NCBI RefSeq assembly: GCF_016432865.1 | Contig: NC_067399.1 | Location: forward strand, 679,334,001 to 679,398,000 | Direction of reading: 5' to 3' | DNA: 64,000 nucleotides | DNA from: Antechinus flavipes | Lineage: Eukaryota | Shown here: positions 51,205-61,720 of the stretch, piece after piece | Layout: each line of letters begins with the position of its first letter | Numbering within the stretch: the stretch's first letter is position 1 | Position numbers and translations under genes: made by a program | Notes under the pieces: model-generated | What the model saw: only the letters and a program-made list of their open reading frames with translations | Databases searched by the model: none | What the model was told of the DNA's origin: nothing

Positions 51205-51893
51205 TTTTTTAAAATAGCTTTTTATTGACAAAACATATGCATGGGTAATTTTTCAACATTGACCCTTGCCAAAATTTCTGTTCCAATTTTCCCCTCCTTC
51301 CCTCCACCCCCTCCCCTAGATGACAGGCAGTCCTATCCATGTTAAAGTATATGTTAACTACAATATATGTATACATATTTATACAGTTATCTTGTTGTAC
51401 AAGAAAATCAGATTTAGAAAGAAGGTAAAAATAACCTGGGAAGAAAAACAAAAATGCAAGCAAACAATAACAGAGAGAGGGCAAATGCTATGTTGTGGTC
51501 CATGCTCATTTCCCAGTATTTTTTCTCTGGGTGTAGTGGGTTCTGTTCATCACTGATTTGGATCCTTTCAAAAGCCAAAGAGATCCACTTCCATCAGAAT
51601 ACATCCTCCTACAGTACCATTGTTGAAGTATATAATGATCTCTGGTCCTGCTCATTTCACTCAGCATCAGATCCTGTAAGTCTCTCCAAACCTCTCTGTA
51701 TTCATCCCGTTGATTATTTCTTATAGAACAATAATATTCCATAATATTCATATATCACAATTTATTCAGCCATTCTCCAACTGATGGGCATCCACTCAGT
51801 TTCTAGTTTCTGGCCACTACAAACAGGGCTGCCACAAACATTTTGGCACATACAGGTCCCTTTCCCTTCTTGAATATCTCTTTGGGGTATAAG
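51205..51893 (-). mobile_element. 5'-truncated young L1 with target-site duplication, inserted into a MIR3
   Basis: Well-preserved L1 3' end; GAGGGCATTGG at 51194-51204 and 51894-51904; the flanks rejoin as a MIR3 tail. Confidence 0.92.
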
Positions 51894-51921
51894 GAGGGCA
51901 TTGGGTTTGATGACATCCAAG

Positions 51922-51925
<4 letters not shown>

Positions 51926-51996
<71 letters not shown>
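51926..51996. repeat. (CT)n microsatellite
   Basis: About 35 perfect CT units. Confidence 0.98.
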
Positions 51997-52000
<4 letters not shown>

Positions 52001-52189
52001 GATTATATATATATAATCAGCAATTCTATGTCCTATCTTCACTGGAAGAATGATGTTTTGGAAATTATGAGCCTTTTCTCCTTCTCCTTCCCCCCTCCAA
52101 AGAATAAACTTTGGATAATTAATGACACTCCATGATTTCCCAAAAGCCATCCAAAGTGCTTTCTGTCTTCAGTTCAGTTCTGACCATAT

Positions 52190-52380
52190 TCAGTTTCTAT
52201 AATTTGTTTGATATCATAGCCATGTAATTCTTCATCTATTTAGTTTTCCCCATATGAATAGTTAGGTTGAAATGTTTTCAACGATTATGGATCACATTCA
52301 GGAAGCTCTGTTGTGATCAGGGAATTGATGTAATCAGCATAATGTCATCTACAACAGGAAAACCTGGAGAGTATCCCTCT
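52190..52380 (-). mobile_element. RTE RT fragment
   Basis: Antisense VDDIMLITS..FLNVIHN..FNLTIHMGKTK resembles ADDIVLIAS..LLDEIHN..FGLTIHTGKTK. Confidence 0.75.
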
Positions 52381-52383
52381 CTT

Positions 52384-52555
52384 CAGAGAATCCACCCCAA
52401 ATGTTCTTAGGGACTATTTGTGTCTGACCCGTGTCTGAGCAATTCGAGCCCATGTTGGTCTGATCAACCACAGCCAGACGCACTGTAATTCGACACTAAC
52501 ATAGTGATGTCATTTTGGTCCTCTTGGAGAACAAAAGACAACCAACCAACCAACG
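52384..52555 (+). mobile_element. RTE (BovB-clade) 3' end
   Basis: gagaatccaccccaaatgttc..ttggtctgatca..gtgatgtcattttggtcctcttggagaac..caaccaaccaacc. Confidence 0.8.
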
Positions 52556-52689
52556 GATACTGATGTGGGTATAATAGGTTGGAAAATTTACCACTTTGTA
52601 ATTCCCTTGTAATTCTGAATCTATATGATTTGGCTTTATCAATATTTCTAGTTATTTTGGGACCCTGAATGTGAGAATTATTTTCCAAT

Positions 52690-53230
52690 TGTATTTAATA
52701 AAATCTTGAACGTGTCTTCCTAGATTAGCACCCATATATCTAGGGTATTTTTTGTGGTTTTAAATGTGATATGTTTTTTATCTCCTGGTTTTTATCAGTA
52801 ATATAAAGGAATTGGAGTTTGCAGAGTTGCTTTGTGTGCTGATATGATTCTGAAGCTAGTAAATGTTTTTCTTAGCTTTCACACTGCTCATTCTCTATAG
52901 CAGTATCTAAGCAAATCAGGACATTGTTGAAAACAGAGAAAATGTTAACTCTTCTTTGTGTTGAATATTTCTCTTTTTTTCCTATTTGTTAAAGCTCACA
53001 TTCCTACTACATTATCAAATAATTGTGGAAATGGCATCTGTGTCATTGAGAAATTGTGAAGGTTTTCTCCATTGATAATCTTGGATACATTTAGTTTTCA
53101 TATATCCTTTCCATTATATCAAATGATGATCCTTTCATTCTTAGTTTTTAGAATCATTTTAACATAAATCATTGTTATACTTTACCCAAACTTTTTGTGT
53201 TATACCATCATCAGGGTTGAGGCACATTTT
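52690..53230 (-). mobile_element. Old L1 RT-region fragment
   Basis: ctagggtattttttgtggttttaaatg..atcagtaatataaagga..gaaaacagagaaaatgttaactcttcttt. Confidence 0.6.
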
Positions 53231-53479
53231 CACAAGAGATATTATATAGTAGAACTTCTCTGCTCAGTTACCCAATGAACTGAAATGGGCAGAGAACTCT
53301 AGATCTCACTGAATTTGTTTAGTTGTTGGTTACCAAAAAAATCATTTCAATTAGTAGAAAACATGGTTTCTTTTATTTCTATAGCAAGGGGCCATTTGTT
53401 TATTCATGTGTTTAAGAATTCTAGATTCCTAGAAATATGAGACAACAAGATGATTTCCGCTAACATGGAGAGGCTGTAT

Positions 53480-53830
53480 ATCTGGCAAAAGTAAAAAACA
53501 AGAACATTCAAAGAAAATCTGCCCCTTGCCAAAGGAAAGTCAGCCCAACTAAAAGACAGCATGCACACAGACAAACTAAGAATCCTTGATTTTCCAGAAG
53601 GATACAACTTGCTTTTTTTTTTTTAATGAACACAATTATGAAGGAAATGATCGAAGAAAATTGACCAGAACTTTTAAAAAGGAAAAAAACAAAAAAACAA
53701 AAAAAAACGAAATTCCAATGGAAAGAATCCCTAGTTTACCTACAGAAAAAACAAAACAAAATAAAACAACAACGGCAATAAAACATGGCTACCAACTCCA
53801 AAACTAGTAGTAGTTATATTTAACAATTCA
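53480..53830 (+). mobile_element. L1/HAL1 ORF1 fragment
   Basis: DKLRILDFPEG..NTIMKEMIEEN..IPMERIPSLP resembles L1 ORF1 NLRIIGLPE..IFQEIIKENCP..IERIHRSP. Confidence 0.65.
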
Positions 53831-54442
53831 ATTTAAAAGCAAAAAGTCCTACAAGCCGACGAGAAAGACACTTGACTCTAAGGGAACTGACTGACTTTGG
53901 AATAATGCAAGACTAATGCAAGTAGATATGGGGAAGATGTGGTGACCTATCCTGCAGATGGGAGCTTAGCAATATGGGGACCAAAATGGGATTATTATGG
54001 GGACCAGAAAGGGATTATTTGTTTCTCAAACAGCCCAAACAACAAAAAGGAAGGAAGAACAACTAAAGAGCAAGAGAGAAACAACAGAAAGACCAGTAAA
54101 AGAGACTTCTTTCCTAAAAGTATAGACGAAGACAGGGATGAATGAGGAAATCTGCTGATGGTAAGGGTGAAGAGAATGACAGGGGATATTAGGAACAGAA
54201 TCTCGTGTCATTCTGCCGTCAGAAGGCTTCTTCTTCTACTTCTTCTTCTTTTTTTTTTTTTAATGAAACTACAATACAATATGGGACGATACATGAAAAA
54301 GAGGAAAAGGGAACTGGAAGAGAGGTTAGGTAGGTTAGACTATGTTCCACTTGGTTCTTGAGGAAGATTAAAATGACATCACTAGGTTAGAGTCAGTTTG
54401 CAGTGGGTCTGACTGGGGCTGATCAGCCCAATGTGTACTTGA

Positions 54443-54568
54443 TGAGGCAGCTGGACCCCATCAGTCCTGAAATCAGGAGGATCTGAGTTCAAATCTGTCC
54501 TTGACACTCAACATTGGCTGTGTGACCCTGGGCAAGTCACTTAACCCCAATTGTTTCAGAAAAAAAAT
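54443..54568 (+). mobile_element. WSINE1-like short SINE
   Basis: gaaatcaggaggatctgagttcaaatctg..ctgtgtgaccctgggcaagtcacttaaccccaattg..aaaaaaaa. Confidence 0.8.
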
Positions 54569-54569
54569 A

Positions 54570-55125
54570 GTCCATGGGAACATTATGGGAGCTATGCTAT
54601 GGGAGCATAGAGAGCGGGCTCTCTAGCTTTGTGCATCTCACGTCTCTCCTGGGCTAGGTTAATTCTGCTCCCAGAGCACGGCCCCTTCCCCATGAGGGAT
54701 CCCGTGCCAGTGTCTCCTGTGCCAGTGTCTCCCATGCTCCACAATCAGTTCTGGAGCCCCTAAGCGTGTCCTCGCCTTGCTTTTCCGGACCACCTTGTGA
54801 GAGCTTGCCGTGTGTGAATTCCCCATAAAACGGCCTTTCTGGCAAGCACGTATCTGGCATCTGATCAGCGTGGCCAGCCCCACCGCGCTGCTCTCTCTCA
54901 GCAGAGTCGGGAATCCGGGCAGCAAGACCCCAAAACCTCAGAGTCTGCTACCTTGTCCTGCTGGTTGACCTCCAGAATCTTCCTAAGCCGATTCAAATGG
55001 AAGCGATTTAGTTTCCTGACATGACAGAATTCCCAGGCAGACATTACTGAGGTCGGCCCAAGGGCTCTGTAGACCTCCAGTTAGCTAGCAAGTCTAATAA
55101 TACCTCTCCTTTCCCACGCTTTCTT
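54570..55125 (-). mobile_element. RTE (BovB-clade) ORF 3' region, CpG-enriched
   Basis: MPDTCLPERPFYGEFTHGKLSQGGPEKQGEDTLR..WETLAQ resembles LPKRLFYGEL..GKRSHGGQKKRYKDTLK..WETLAQ; cagaatcttcctaag..aaatggaagcgatt. Confidence 0.9.
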
Positions 55126-55154
55126 TCTGAGTCTCCCAAACCCGGAGCTAGATT

Positions 55155-55305
55155 TTTTTAATTACAGCTTTTTATTTTCAAAATATATACATGGAAAAAT
55201 TTCAACACTCACCCTTACAAAACCTTGTGTTCTAATTATTTCCTTCCTTCTCCTCACCCACTCCCCCAGACGGCAAGAGATCCAATATCTGTTAAACACG
55301 TGCAC

Positions 55306-55363
<58 letters not shown>

Positions 55364-55555
55364 ACAAGCACTATGCTGCACAAGAAAAATCAGATCAAAA
55401 AAGAAAAAAAGAAAAAGCAAACAAAATGCAAGCAAACAACAACAAAGAGTGACAATGCCATGCTGTGGTCCACATTCAGTTCCCATAGCTCCCTCTCTGA
55501 GTACGGACGGCTTTCTTCATCACCAGACCTTTGAAACGGGCCTGAATCATCCTGA
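55155..55555 (-). mobile_element. L1 3' UTR containing an expanded (TA)n (about 55309-55361)
   Basis: gcttttta ttttcaaaatatat..gcacaagaaaaatcagatc..gcaagcaaacaacaac..gtggtccacattcagttccc. Confidence 0.9.
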
Positions 55556-56129
55556 GCCATAAATGAATCAGTGAACATTTATTGAGCTCCTGCTCTGTGC
55601 CAAGAACTGTGTTAAGCACTGAGGAAACAGATAATGTATAAGGTTCCCTCCTCTCAAGGAGTTTATGTTCTACTGAATGAGTGACAAAGGCTTTGCTTGT
55701 AGCTACTAAAAGGAGGGGAACCAAATCCTAGCGGAGGTAACCATTTCTGTTTTGGATTCCTTCAGGAGAACACGAGTTCCTTAAGAGTCGAGACTTTTCA
55801 TTTCTGTCCTATCCCCCTTAGCAACTAGCCCTGTATCTATCAGGGGGACAGACGGATAATGCATTTATTTATTAAGCTTTATCCATGTACCAAGCATTGT
55901 GTTTAGTAACCATTCCTACTTACTAGAAACATGTGAATGGAGGCTGGAAAGGGTCCCGAGGAGATAAAATGCCTGAGAAGAGTATGGAAGATCTGGTTCC
56001 CAACAAGATGGAGGGAAAGCTCATCTTTCGGGGTTAGGCTGGCGGTTGAGTTTCCCTGGGGGAGGCTTGGAAGGGATATCTCCAGTGGCTACAGCTCGGG
56101 CAGGAGCTGGCTAGGAAGTAGCCATGATT

Positions 56130-56500
56130 GTCACTGAAAAAAGGCTTTTAGAATTGAATTACCTTGTTCTCCTTTGAAGATTGTTTCTGATCTCAAGTCA
56201 AAATTTGCCTCTGAAATAACTTCTGGTCTTGAAGGGCAGGCAGGGCAACTTCCCCCTTGTCCAAGTGATATTTTTAAATTCTTGAAGACCGCTCTTGTGT
56301 ATCTTGGAAGTCTTCTTGAAGTTAACCATCTCCAGGTGCTTCAGCTCCCCCAGCTCCAGGTGCTTCAGCTTCCCCATCTCCAGGTGCTTCAGCAACCCCT
56401 TCTCCTTCCCTTCCCAGTCTGGCAGAGACTCGAGGACCTTCACCATTCTGGTAGCTTCCTTTTGGATGTTCCTCAACTCAACAGGGATGAACATTCCTGT
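56130..56500 (-). mobile_element. L3/CR1 3' coding fragment with an internal 3 x 24 bp duplication
   Basis: ELRNIQKEATRMVKVLESLP resembles KLERVQRRATRMVKGLE; ctccaggtgcttcagc at 56330, 56354, 56378. Confidence 0.85.
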
Positions 56501-57140
56501 TCTCAAAACTTTACTAGTTACATGACTCTAGGTGAGTCACGTGACCCCTGTCTCCCTCGGTTTCCTCATCTATTAGATGGGGATGTTGTGAGGTTCCCAT
56601 GAGATAATATAAATAAGGGGCTTTTCCAACTGGAAATGCCAGCTATTACCTGAACAATGCTGCTCAGAGCAGACCCCAACACACCATTTGTATCCCATGT
56701 GAACAAGTGAGATAATGTCCATAAAGGACTTGATAAGCCTTAATGTGCTGCACAGATGTGAGCTATTATTATTATTAATTATTATTAGTATTAGTTGCCA
56801 TCTGGCTAGCACAGCATACCATGGGACGGCCACCTCTTTATTTCTGAAAGCTCCTCCAATCTGTTTATTCTTTCAAAGTGAGTCTTAGTTTTCATTATTG
56901 TCATTGAGTCACTTTTACTCATGTCCTACTCTTCACGCACCCATTAGGGATTTTCTCAGCAGAGATATTGGAGTGCTTTGCTAATTTCTTCTCCAATTCA
57001 TTTGGTAGATGAGGAAACTGAGGCACACAGGGTAAAGTGACTTGCCCGGGGTCACACAGCTAGGAAGTGTCCGAGGCCAGATTAGAACTCACAAAGATGA
57101 GTTATCCTGACTCTGGGCACGGGGCTGCATCCATTGCCCT
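56500..57140. mobile_element. MIR (+, about 56500-56790) and Mar1-like SINE (-, about 56895-57140)
   Basis: cctcggtttcctcatctattagatgggg; gatgaggaaactgaggcacacagggtaaagtgacttgcccggggtcacacagctaggaagtgtccgaggccagatt. Confidence 0.85.
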
Positions 57141-57169
57141 TAAAACCATGAGATCCTGGCAAGCCAATA

Positions 57170-57340
57170 TTTCCATCCCCATCTTGTACTTGGTAAGTTG
57201 AATCTTTGAACCCAAATCTAACACTTTACATTGATCCTTATTAGATTTCATCTTAATAAACTCTGCCCAAGAGTCCAGCCTGTGAAGATGGGTTGGAATG
57301 GCCATGCCATGTGTTAACTCTCCCTCCCAGATTCATCCCA
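57170..57340 (-). mobile_element. L3/CR1 RT fragment
   Basis: LHRLDSWAEFIKMKSNKDQCKVLDLGSKIQLTKYKMG resembles LDRLERWAE.NKMKFNRDKCKVLHLG.KNQLHKYRMG. Confidence 0.9.
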
Positions 57341-57359
57341 TGTGCACAAGTGTTGAAAA

Positions 57360-57930
57360 TTGGGTTCTACTAACTCATTAAAATGATATTGCTGCATGAG
57401 CTGATTTATCATTTTAGCCATGTAACAATCAAATTATCAAGGAGCTGGTAAACATAATTAGCCAAAACAAAAAATAAAATTCTTCTAGAGGAACAAAAAG
57501 GTCAAGACTATTAAAAAGAAACAATGAAAAGGTAAAGATGAAGTGGAGCTTAGTGTTACCAGATCTGAAATTAGATTTCAAAGTGCTGATTATGAAAACT
57601 ACTTAGTTTTCATTTTGGGACTGCTAATTAAAAATAGAAAATAAATCAGTGAGAAAAAATGAACTAAGCAAGACCCAGAAAAAAGGCCTTCCATAATCCA
57701 ATATTAAGAATTAAGACTATTCAATAATCAAATAATTAAGAATTAATTAAATTAAATTAATTTAAGAATTAAATATTAAATAAGAATATTTAATAATAAA
57801 AGAATATTTTAGATTAAGAATCCCAAGAACACCAGTTACTGGGCAAAAGACTCAAAGGTTCTCCACAAGGCTTTCTGGGAAGACTGGAAATAAGTTGGCA
57901 GAAGACCGATTCAGAGTAAAACCTTCTGAT
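57360..57930 (+). mobile_element. Old L1 ORF2 fragment with an AT-rich insert
   Basis: gaggaacaaaaaggtcaagacta..ttaccagatctgaaattagatttcaaagtg..tgggaagactggaaa. Confidence 0.65.
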
Positions 57931-58559
57931 ATAAAAAAAAGCTGCTCTCATTAGTAGTGTAAGGGATGCCTGATAGGAAACTTTCTTAGTCATAAACTAC
58001 TGTTGATTGTGGAAGGAATGTTGTCCAGAAGAGCCGAGTTCAGATTCTATTTCTGATCATTTCCAGCTCTCCAACCTTGGCCAAGCCACTTGGTAGCAGT
58101 TTACCTTCATTTCTTCCTATGAATAAATGAGGGGATTGGAATGGACTCTGATCTCTTCTGACTCTTGTCAGGTTGGCAAGTTACCTGGAAGCCTTGGTTT
58201 CTTGGCAGGTATTAAGTGATTTGTCCAGGATCCCCGTCAGTCTGGGACAAAAGTATCATTTTGGTCTCTTATATAAGCTATGGTCTATATAGACACAAGT
58301 GGAAAGTGGATCTCCATTTCTAGGACATATGGGACACACAACTCTACAGGTTTGCTTGCTGGGGACGACGAAATAAGATTTGGGGAGGTGATCTCCCCAA
58401 ATGAACCCAGGCCCTTTCCCAGCAGAAGCATCTCTGACATAGAGAGTTACAACCGTAAACAAATCAGTGGTTTCTTTTTTGGCTCTCTTCAGCAGAAGGA
58501 GTGTCAAGGACTGTGATTTTGTCCTATTGAGCAAAATCATTTGTAACTAATCATTTTCC

Positions 58560-59110
58560 AGAATTATTTATCCTTCTCTCATATATTCTTTGTAGTTAAT
58601 TTAAGTATTTATAATAGTCAAAATGACGTATTCATCCAAATTCAATCTTAAAACAATTTTGCTTTTTCTGTCTACAATGTTCTCTTGGTTCTGCTCATTT
58701 CACTCTTCATTATTTCATGTAAGTCTGTCCATGTTTCTCTAAGATCACTGAGCTCATCATTTCTTATAGCTTATTATCTTCCATCAAAATCATGTTCCAC
58801 AACTTCTTCAGTCATTTCCCAATTGAGAGACTTCTTTATAATTTCCATATGTAAAATCATTCTATAAATAAGCAGAAATAAGTGTAGAATGACTTTACAT
58901 ATATATGTAGACATATACATAAATGCATACATATTTGTGTCTAATGGGGGCCATCTCTAGGGAGGGAGAAGGAAGGAAAAGAGGAAAAGAAAGAAATTAA
59001 AGAATAACTTTATTATATATTTAAAAGGATAGCAGTTTGAACAAAATAGATTTGCATTTTCATGCACGATCCTATTGTTAGTATATTGTGTTATAAATAT
59101 ATAACTTTAT
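58560..59110 (-). mobile_element. L1 3' region
   Basis: ctgtctacaatgttctcttggttctgctcatttcactc..catgtaagtctgtccatgtttctct..cagtcatttcccaattga. Confidence 0.8.
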
Positions 59111-60059
59111 ATTTATAAATATAAATACTATATATATAAGTATATATAGTATAGTGTATGCATTTTATTATATAAAATAAAATAAATAAAAATGATTAGC
59201 TTTTCCCTATGGTCATACAACTAAATATAAATATTCGAATCCAAGATTTCTTGATTCCACAGCCAACACTCCAAGAACCATGTAGCTACTTTAAAGATAC
59301 TAGGGGACTGGGAAAAGAATAAATATTTAATAAGCACCTAGTATGGCCTGGGTATTGTAAGGGTTTTCCCAGCCCACCTGACCCTCACAACCACTCGGAG
59401 AGGGCCGTACTTCTAGCATTTTCATTTTGCCCCTGGGGAACTCAAGCCAGGACCAAGTGTCTGAGGCAGAATTTGCACTCGGCTCTTCCTGACTGCCGGC
59501 CCAGAGTTCTAGTCTCTATTGTCTCCAGCTGACCTCAGTGCAACAATAACTAGCTCTTCTAGATTACCTTAAAGGGTCCCAGAACCTTTCCCAGTATCAG
59601 CTCGTTTTATCCTGACTTCTCTGCTGGGAGGTGGGTGCATTTTCCACTGAGTCACAGCAGGGAAGGACACATGGAGAGCATCTGGTGGGGAATTAGAAAC
59701 CAGGCCTTCCTGAATCCAAGCCAGAACTCCAGCATGCTTTTCCGTGAAAATGTCATTCCTTTCTTGTATTATTCTGGGGGGCACAGAGGAGAGAGCTGGG
59801 TGTGTACTCTGACACTTAGTGCTTGAGACAATGTCCTGAACTTCCTGGTTCCTCAGTTTCCTCCTCTGTAAAATGGGCTGGGGGTGGGCTAGCTGAGCTC
59901 TGAGGTTCCATCCGGATCCGAGTCTACGCCCTCCATGCACTCGCTCTCTGTGCCTTCACCTGGGCATCTGTTCCTCCTTAACCAGAGATGAAGACTGCCC
60001 TCGGCGCCCCGGGAATCTCCCACCCAATCCTCGCGCCTTCTCTCTGGGTTCCCTTCCTT

Positions 60060-60200
60060 CTGGTTGTAGGTGTGTGCCCAGTTATTTGCATGCCATCCCC
60101 TCCCCCATTAGATTAGGACCTGCTGCTCCCTTTCCTGCATCCCCGGTGCTTATCTGGACACATAGTAGGTGCTTCCTAAATATTTGTGACAGACTGATTG
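60060..60200 (+). mobile_element. L2 3' end
   Basis: tcccccattagatt..cacatagtaggtgcttcctaaatatttg..gactgattgac. Confidence 0.75.
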
Positions 60201-60706
60201 ACAACTAGCTTACAGCTGGTGTTGATTGATTGGCTAAGCACAGGCCTACTATACAGCAAGTCCTTAACTGCTTAGAAACTTCACTCGATCCATTCTGTGA
60301 CTCACTAAGGATGGCAAGAGTAGGTTGTCTTGTTAAATGACACAAATTGGGGTTACGGGGGTCTGACGCCCCTCTTACATAAAAAACCTGCCTAAAAATT
60401 GGTGTTCCCAAAATGGCCTGGGAAGCAACGTGCTCCCTTTGCTTGGAGGTCTTCAGGCACAGGTGTCGCCACTGTTCGCGGTGGATGTTATCCAGGTACA
60501 GGCTCTAATAGAGAGGCGCCGTCCTGAGCCCGAGACTGTTATTCCTCTTTCTGGGATGAATTTGACTCAGGAAAGAAGCATTTGTGGGGAAGCCCCCCGG
60601 GGAGAGAAATGTAGCCCACTGCTAGGTGTTCCAGCACAATACTCCAGAGCCAAAGTCTCCCATGATGATCTCACAGTGGATTAATCTGCCTGCTTCATGC
60701 CAATTG

Positions 60707-60720
60707 GTTGCCATGACAAC
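60707..60720. promoter_or_regulatory. RFX X-box
   Basis: GTTGCCATGACAAC, 13/14 match to the palindrome GTTGCCATGGCAAC. Confidence 0.55.
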
Positions 60721-60904
60721 TGTTGGCGAAGTTTCAAATGAAGTTGAGTGTGCTGGCCCCCTTGCAGCTGTGGTTCTCATCATTCTGTGGGGCTTTCTTG
60801 CAGTGAACATGAGGCCCTACTGAACCACTAAATCATGGCTTCTCTGACTTAACTGGTGCCTTGAAGGCCATTCAGGTCAACTACCTGAACAAGAATGCAA
60901 ATCA

Positions 60905-61290
60905 TTCTCCAATCCATCCCTCCATCCCTCATCTCTNNNNNNNNNNNNNNNNNNNNNNNNNNNNNNNNNNNNNNNNNNNNNNNNNNNNNNNNNNNNNNNN
61001 NNNNNNNNNNNNNNNNNNNNNNNNNNNNNNNNNNNNNNNNNNNNNNNNNNNNNNNNNNNNNNNNCTCTATCCCTCATCCCTCCATCCCTCATCTCTCCAT
61101 CTTTCATCCCTCCATTCCTCCATCCTCCATCCCTCCATCCCTCTTTCCCTCTATCTCTCATCCCTCATCTCTCCATCCCTCATCTCTCCATCCTTCATCC
61201 CTCCATCCCTCCATCCCTCCATCCCTCTATCCCTCATCCCTCCATCCCTCCATCTTTCTCTCTCTTCATCCCTCCCTCCATCCCTTCATT
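60905..61290. repeat. (CCAT/CCCT)n low-complexity tract with gap
   Basis: CCATCCCT units. Confidence 0.9.
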
Positions 61291-61720
61291 TAGTTAATAT
61301 CTATTGGATACTTACTATGTTCTAGACACTAAAGATATAGACCCAAGTGCTACTGTACCTGCTCTCCAGGAGCTTATATACTACAAGGAAAAACAGCATA
61401 AAGCCCAGCAAAGCAAGCCCACACAAGACATTTACACCGGCCCAGTGGCTTCTGGGCTGAGTCCTTGGAGGATCAGGCTCAACCTCATGCAGGAAATCCC
61501 ATTTGAGCTGATCCCTGATGTACGAAAGGGATTCTAAGAAGTCAAGACGAGGAGCGAAGACTTTTCACGTGTGAAGGAGGAGCCGGGCAAAGACACCAAG
61601 ATAGGCAACATCACATGTAGGGAACAGCATCGGTCACAAAGAAGGCTAATGACACTCAGTGTGGGGAGATTACTTCCGCTAATTTTGTGAAATCAATGTA
61701 TTAATTTAGAAGTTCTCTAG
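61285..61720 (-). mobile_element. L2 fragment
   Basis: ttcatttagttaatatctattgg..ctgctctccaggagcttata..gagctgatccctga. Confidence 0.6.

Noticed and set aside
58378-58402. Perfect 10-bp hairpin ATTTGGGGAG-GTGAT-CTCCCCAAAT
   Set aside because: Does not extend to pre-miRNA length; roughly one such stem is expected by chance in 64 kb
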